NCBI RefSeq assembly: GCF_009914755.1
Contig: NC_060936.1
Direction: 5' to 3' (one strand)
From: the human T2T-CHM13v2.0 reference genome, Homo sapiens
Length of the DNA: 64,000 nucleotides
Shown here: one piece after another, positions 56,101 through 64,000 of the stretch
Numbering within the stretch: the first letter of the stretch is position 1
How the letters are laid out: every line of letters starts with the position of its first letter
Program-made: the position numbers and the translations under genes
The notes under the pieces: generated by a model
Seen by the model: the letters and a program-made list of their open reading frames with translations, nothing else
Databases searched by the model: none
Told to the model about the DNA's origin: nothing

Positions 56101-56399
56101 CCTTGTAACACTGAGCAGAGGCTCCGTGTGCATTTGGCCGCCAGCCATGGAGCAGGCTCTGAGCTTCCCCTGGGGTGTGGGTTCTCCATTTTCAGTGGAT
56201 TCGATGGGGGCTTTCCTGGGTGCGTTTGCCCCCTGGGTGGGAAACAATCTCGATCACAAGGCTGCTCAAACACACTCTGTCCTCTGGGCTCTGGTGTCCG
56301 AGAGGTCTTCGTGTTCATCTCAGAAACAGGATCATAAATTAAAGGCCCTCTAAGACCCCTCTGTGTGGTCTAAGCAGGGGGATGGGTGGAGGTGTGGCT

Positions 56400-56760
56400 C
56401 CCACCTGACCTTCCCTCTGTCCACATATGTCCCGCCCCCCTGCTGATGGGCAGAGTCTTGTGACTAGTCCTGGCCAATGGACTTAGGGCAGGAGGGACCT
56501 GGTGACACCTGGCTGAGGTGGAGAAAAGCCCCCTGGGCCCCTCCAGCTGCACATTTCCTGCTTCCCTGACTAAGGGGCCACATGCTGTGTCCAGTGTGGG
56601 CATGAGGGTGCAGGTCATCGGGGTCCCGAGTGACTCCGTGGAACTGAGCCAAGCCCCAGCCCACTGTGCTCATGGAATGTGAGTGAGAAAGAACTGAGGT
56701 TTTGTGCTGCTGCTGGGATTTCAGGGCCATTTGTTACTGGAGAAGCTGTCATAGGGGTCC
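56400..56760 (+). mobile_element. MLT1-like LTR relic
   Basis: 'tgtgactagtcctggccaatgg', 'gctgggatttcagggccatttgttact'. Confidence 0.6.
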
Positions 56761-56789
56761 CAGACCTGGGCCTTCTCCTCGCTTGGTGC

Positions 56790-56930
56790 ATCTTGGGAAC
56801 TCCGAGTATTACCATCTTCATCTTGAAAGTGAGAAGCATCATTGTCAAACCTCATTTGCTTATGGTGAAGAGTAAATGAGTTAACGTAGCAAAGCTTTGG
56901 AACAGCATGTGGCAAATGCAGTCACTGTGT
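56790..56930 (+). mobile_element. MIR
   Basis: 'ggtgaagagtaaatgagttaacgtagcaaagctttggaacagcatgtggca'. Confidence 0.65.
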
Positions 56931-58254
56931 TGGTGTTGACCATAATGAGGGGAATCAAACTTTTGAAGGTGTCGATTGCCAGGCTCAGGAGTTTTGTCTT
57001 CATTTTAGAGGGCTGCCTCTTTCACAGTGTCTCCTGCACACACTAGTTCTATAGAATATGAAGACATTGCATGAAAACAGTATTCTGCGGTAATTTTTCC
57101 ATTTTTTTCAAGCAGTGCATTAGCAAAGTGAATGCATGACTTTCTTTTACTGCAGAACTTGTCAGTGCCTTTAATCTGAGGGATGAGTCTTCAGGAGAGT
57201 TTGTTGTCAGGATTTAACACTTACTCTTGGAAAAGCAGTAATGTGTGCTGGAAATGAACCGGGCAGACCCTGCTCCCATCTCCATCTGCCTCAATCTCAG
57301 TGCCCTCCACTCCCCACCAGCAGCGCCTGTTACCAAGTCACTGCACAACACCCACAAATGGAGAGTGGAGGAGCATCACTTTCCACCCCGGGATCATGAC
57401 GAGGGCTCTGTAACTTCAACAAATGCGCAGAAGACGCCTGGCCTCGAGCTTGTGCAGCACCTCCGGAGCCTGCCTTCCCTTGTCACCCACGGCACCATGA
57501 CTTTGGAGGGTCTCAGCTCAGTCCTCCCTCCAGAGGGGCTGTCAGTGCTGGGCAGAAAATCACCCTTCAACGACCGGGCCCAGCTGCGCTCTGTCAGAGA
57601 GCAGAGAAAGCAGGCCTCCGGGAGGTTCTCACTCCACCAAGGAGACGTCTCCACCCAGCGCTCATCCTGAGCAAGGGCACTGGGAGGAAGAAATGCAATT
57701 TTAAAACCTGTGCTGCGAATGATGACTTCTGCTGCTTCCGTCTCTGGAGAGCTCTGGGCACTTAACATCCTTCCACCCACATGCCCGAGTCTGTGCAGAA
57801 ACCTCACCCACGCGGAGGAGACTGCATTTCCCAGTAGCAGATTCAAGTCCTGAACTTCCTGTACCACAAAGTGTTACCCACACTGGTGGGTGCCAGCCTG
57901 AGACTCAACTATCAGGAAAAACATGAAGAATTCAGTCCATGCCCTCAAATGCACCCATGTGGCTCCCAAACGGCAAATCTCAGCAATGAGATTCTCAGCT
58001 AGGAAAGTCCACACTGAACTCATGCAGAGGACAAAGTACATAGGCCTGGGGTTCTTGGCACCTGAGATCTCTGAGCAGTTTTCTGAATTTTCCTATTTCC
58101 TGTTGAAGACATAGGAACACGTGGCACAGAGGCACAGAGACCTGGAAACCAACAGGTGACCTCAGGGAGGTTTGTGAAGCACCCTGATGAGAAGACAGTT
58201 GGGCAGAGGTGGCTGGCTATTCCCCAAGTCCATTTTCCCTCCTGGGACCAGAGC

Positions 58255-58650
58255 TGACTCCATTTCTCAATCTGCCTTGCAGTGAGCATAGTCAGGTAAC
58301 CACCTTTATGCAGGGGAATGTGGGCAGAGGGGAATGTGGGCAGAGGGGAATGTGGGCAGAAGCTATGTGCATCACATCCAGGCCTGGGCCCTAAACTTCC
58401 CGTGATCACCTGACATGGCCCCCTTCTTCCTGTTGACTGGGATGGTGACACCCAGATGATCCTGGAAACCATATGTTGATGGTAGCTGAGCAGCCACCAG
58501 CCTGGGTCCTTGAGTGATTGCATGGAGCAGAGCCTTCCTCCCAACTGCCATGACCACTCCACATTCCTGTGAGGAGAGAAATGAGTGTTTTCCTCATGAG
58601 GTCGTTGAGTTTTAGGTGTTTGTGTGCTGACACAGCTAAGCCTGGCCCAA
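58255..58650 (+). mobile_element. MLT1-like LTR relic
   Basis: 'gcctgggtccttgagtgattgcatggagcagagcc' and MLT1-type 3' end. Confidence 0.6.
58312..58359. repeat. Perfect 16-bp tandem repeat x3 (AGGGGAATGTGGGCAG)
   Basis: Direct reading. Confidence 0.97.
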
Positions 58651-59976
58651 TACACAGGATGAGGGCAGACTTTCCCCAAAGAAGAGAAAAATGGTGTTGT
58701 GAAGAGCAGAGGCAGGAGGGCAGACGTGGGAGGGTGACTGTCTCTCCCTGGGGAGGGGTGTGTGGGATGGGGCCGTGGGCCTGTGAGCAGCTGGGTGGGG
58801 GAGCTGGCAGCTGCCTTCTCACTCCCACTGGAAAGGCAGTCCCAGGTTTCTCTGAGCTGAAGACCCTCGGTCCAGCAGAAAAAGGCAGCCCAGTCCTCTT
58901 GCAGAGGAGAGAACACAGCCATGCCTAGGGGCTGCCTTTCTCCCCCAGGCTCGTGTGGCTGAACCGTGGCTACAGCCCCTTCAGTCCTGTGTCCTCGCCT
59001 CTGCCAGCAACCCCTGAGCTGCTGGGATGGCGTGGGATGTGGACCAGGAGCCCCAGTTCTCACCACTCGAGCCCGTGGGCCAGAGCCTGCCTGGCTCTAT
59101 TCCTAGGTCTGCGGGAGAACTGGAGGGTATGGGAAGCTGAGTGGGGGAAGCTGTCCCCTAATCAATGGGCTGAGCAGTGGCAACGCTGTAGACATGGCAC
59201 CATGCTGACCTCTTTTTGCTTTGGGTTCCTGAGCGGGGCCTTCTACCTGGACTCACACTCAGAGCAGGCTCTCCTTGGGCCCAGTGCCCTGCGTGTCCAT
59301 TGGTTAGGGGATGGTGGGGGGTGAGGCCGGGCTGAATGAGGACAGATTGCGCTGTGACAGGCATCCCAACAGCAGCCTCCTGTGTTGGCTGCGGAGGGCT
59401 TGCATTTCAGAATTCATAAGCTCAGTCATGCCAAATGCAATTACTTTTATGTAACTGGAGTTAGTCTCTCTTTTACCACAATATTCTGACTGATGCAGAA
59501 AACATAATTTAGTCAATTCTAGGAAAACTCACTCAAGTTCAAAGTAATGTGGTAGAAGGTGTGGGTGTGGGGGCTTTGCAGAAACAAGAGGGAATTAACC
59601 ATAACTTTAAGAAAATACATTCATTCTGCCTTGCAGGGGGTGCAGAAAGGGCACTGGGGTACTTGGGCTGTGGGGACCACGTCAGCTTCTAGCCCCGCTC
59701 TAGGATGTGGAAGTCTCTGGAGAAGGGTGGGAAAATACCCCAGGTCCTCCCTGGCCCCATCGCCCACCAGGGCCTCTCGCTGTCTCAACCCAGCCTGAGG
59801 CCAGCTGACCAGGGGTGTGGGAAGCCCAGTTCTATGCCTCTGCTCCCCCAGACCCCACAGATTCACAGCAGAGCAGGAAGGGCAGGGCATGGATGGGAGG
59901 GCATCAGGGCCACAGGCCCAGGACAGGCATGCCGACTGCTCTTGGGGGCATTTGCAGGTACACTAAGAAGCTGCAA

Positions 59977-59981
<5 letters not shown>

Positions 59982-60023
<42 letters not shown>

Positions 60024-60055
60024 ACACTCACACATAGTCACACACACACACACAC
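59982..60055. repeat. (CA)n microsatellite, interrupted
   Basis: Direct reading. Confidence 0.97.
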
Positions 60056-60224
60056 CCCTGCCCTCCCGTCTCCAGACCTTGTGGTCACAACAACCCTCCT
60101 CCTCAGCTTCCTGGCACTGCTGGACCTGTCTTGAAGGCTCTTTTGGCCGGAAATGGATGGGCAGGGATCTGAGAGCACCTGCTATCGGGTGAGTCCTGCT
60201 TTACTCATGTCAGAGATTTAGACT

Positions 60225-61770
60225 AAAACAAACACAAAATGCAACAAAGACCTAAGTGTAAGAGCTAAAAGTATAAAACTCTTATAAAAAAAGTAAGTGT
60301 AAATTTTCATGGTCTTGGATTAGGTAGCACTCTCTTAGATGTGCTATCAGAAGCACATACAACCACAGGAAAAAAAATACATAAATTGAATTTCATCAAA
60401 ATTTAAAACTTTTGTGCATTAAAGTTCATGATCAAAAAAGCGAGAAGAAAACCCAGAGAATGAGTGAAATATTTGCAAATCATACATCTGGGACAAGTAT
60501 CCAGAATATATAAAAATTCTTAGAACTCAACAATATAAAGAAAAATAACCAAATTAAACAGTAGGCAAAGGATTCGAAGAGACCTTTGTCCAAAGAAGAT
60601 ACACAAATGACCAATGAGTACGTGAAAAGATACTCAGCAGCTACTCATTATGGAAGTACCACTTTCCACTCATGCTGAGGGCTATAATAAAAAACAAAAC
60701 AGAAATGACAAGTGCAGTGAAGATGTGGAGAAACTGGATTTCTCATAGATTGCTGGTGGGAAAGTAACATGGTGCAACCAATGTAGAAACAGTTTGGCAG
60801 TTCCTTAAAAAATTAAACAGAGCTACCATCTGACCCGGCTTCTGCTCCTAGGTATTTATACACAAGGGAATTGCAGACATATGTTCACACCAAAACTAGT
60901 ATGAGAATGTTCATAGCAGCATTATTCACAGTACCCAAAAAGTGGGAACAACCCCAATGCCCATTGAAAGACGAATGAATAAACAAAGCATGGTGTGTTC
61001 ACACCATGGAATGTGCCTGTGTCCTCAGCCATGGAGAGAATGAAGCACTGACACAGGCCACCATGCGGCTGCACCTCAAAAACATAATGCCAGAAGAAAG
61101 AAGGCACACACCATGGCCATGTGTTTTATGATCCTACTCATAGAAAACGTCCAGAGCAGCCAGCACTACAGAGACAGAAAGCAGATTCATGGTTGCCAGG
61201 AGCTGGAGGTGAGGGATAGAAAATAGGGAGTGACCTGGAATGTGCATATAATTTTGAGGGTGGGGTCAGGTACTTGTCTGTTCTCACATTGCCATAAGGA
61301 AATCCCCGAGACCAGGTAATTTATAAAGGAAAGAGGTTTAATTGACTTAGTTCCACATTGCTGTGGAGGCCTCAGGAAGCTTACAATCATGGCGGAATGC
61401 ACCTCTTCACAGGGCTGCAGGAGAGAGAATGAGCACCAGCAGGGGAAATGTGATACTTATAAAACCATCAGAGACTCACTCATTATCACGAGAATGACAT
61501 GGGGGAAACCACCCCCCTGACTCAATCACCTCCCACTGGGTCCCTCCCGTGACATGTGGGGATTATGGGGATGAGATTTGGGTGGGGACACAGCCAAATT
61601 AAGATGAGATTTGGGTGGGGACACAGCCAAACCATATCAGGTAGTGATGAAAATACTCTGGAATTAGATAGTGGTGACTGTTGCATAAACTTAGGAATGT
61701 ACTAGAAATACTAACTTGTGCAGTTTGAGATGGTGAATTCTATGGTATGTGAATGATTTAAGTTTTTAAA
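60225..61770 (+). mobile_element. L1MB 3' region (interrupted by a MaLR LTR)
   Basis: 'gacctaagtgtaagagctaaaa', 'gaatgttcatagcagcattattcaca', 'tggtgaattctatggtatgtgaat'. Confidence 0.88.
61269..61639 (-). mobile_element. THE1D/MSTA solo LTR
   Basis: 'aaaggaaagaggtttaattgact...ggggacacagccaaaccatatca'; internal 29-bp duplication. Confidence 0.9.
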
Positions 61771-62255
61771 GCGTAAAAAATAGAAGAATTGAGCAACTGG
61801 ACACATTGGGGGTGCAGGCGTGGGCAGGGCAGGCCCAGCGTTTGCACTCGGGGGAGCAGGAAACAGTCCCCACCTCTGAGGTCCCTGCGCCTGAGAGGCC
61901 TGAGGGAGGTTTTCATTTCTTCCTCGGACAGGGAGGCAAGGGCAGCGGTGGGTGGCCAGTGCGGGGCGGTGCGGGCTCCTCTCCTGGGCTTGGCTGCCTC
62001 CTGCACAGAAACTGTCCCTCCCTGGCTGTCTTCTGATGCCTAATTCCCTGGGTATCCCAGGCGCCTGATTTCTCCTTCAGGAACCTTGGTCAGTTCTGTT
62101 CCTGCCCTGAGATGCCTCACCTAGAGAGGCCTCCCCAGTCCCAGCCCCCTGGGTCAAGGCCCCCAGCCCAACGCGGCCCCTCTGACATCTCCGGAAAAAG
62201 CCCTGCTCCCACAGAGAGGGGCCACCTGCCCTACAATTTTTCCTTTTTAAATTAA

Positions 62256-62848
<593 letters not shown>

Positions 62849-63329
62849 TCATGACAATAAAACAACCCTCCCAGGCCTCCGCTTCAGCGGCTGCACAGCA
62901 TCCCCCAGCGCCGTCTCCATGGAGAACCTGACCCCTCATTCGTGGGGCGGAAACTCACCTGAGCTGAGCTCCAGGGCATCTCCGCGGGGAAGCGGGGTTG
63001 GTGGAGCAGCACCTGCCCTCCTCAGTGCCCCAGAGACAAACTGGCCCAGAACCCTCTTCCAGCAGAGGAGCCCCGCACCCCTGGGAATGGGGATCAGTGG
63101 GCCCTGGTGGGTGGGCTCCGCTGCAGAGGGGGCGCTGAGGCCCAGGAGGGTCCCCACAGACCAGGCAGACCAGATGGTGATGGCTTTAGTCTGGGCCACA
63201 GCAGCCTGTGCCCCTCAGTCTGCCTTTTCCATCTCAGGAAAAGCCCCACCCTCCCATCCACCAGGGGCACTGGTTTCTGCACCAGCTGCCTCCCCCTCTC
63301 CAGTAATGGCCTTTGCTTTGCCTTGGAGG

Positions 63330-63825
<496 letters not shown>

Positions 63826-64000
63826 GGAGTCCTGGTTGGTACCCTTCTCTGTCCCTCACACCCCAACTTCAGTCTTCTCAGCCTGGGAAAATTCGGAGAG
63901 AAATGAGGGGGCCGTGGAGAGCCAGGTTCTGAGGCTGTGCCCGCTGCACCCCTCCCACCACATGGGTGGGCCGATGTTTAGGAAACGCTACTTCCATCAA

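Noticed and set aside
58020-59066. Longest ORF (348 aa, minus strand)
   Set aside because: Runs through an MLT1 relic and a tandem repeat, is GC-rich, has no recognisable domain and begins at a non-ATG codon
61570-61631. 29-bp duplication in the THE1D/MSTA LTR
   Set aside because: Ordinary local duplication with no sign of function

Overview
Primate (most likely human) genomic DNA, judged from Alu, L1PA/L1PB/L1M, THE1/MST/MLT1, MER52 and MER75 repeats. I recognise no intact protein-coding or RNA gene and cannot name the locus. The window has three zones. (1) 1-16.5 kb is unique sequence mixed with old repeats, centred on a split CpG island (about 11.1-11.8 kb and 12.4-13.0 kb) that looks like a bidirectional promoter. 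It has an MLT1-derived CCAAT array, an ETS/CRE site and candidate exons running outward on both strands. A 54-bp inverted repeat places the same 3' splice-site cassette in each arm. The minus-strand candidate exons can be joined in phase, but the frame contains stops (possible decayed gene or lncRNA). (2) 16.6-38.4 kb is an AT-rich nest of transposons four levels deep inside one old L1MB, with many target-site duplications (TSDs) still readable. (3) 39-64 kb is GC-rich non-coding DNA with MIR/MLT1/L1MB/Alu relics and a ~1-kb (CAT/CAC)n array. Repeat subfamily calls are from remembered consensus sequences, and edges of old repeats are approximate. Nearly all ORFs in the supplied track are repeat-derived or expected by chance.
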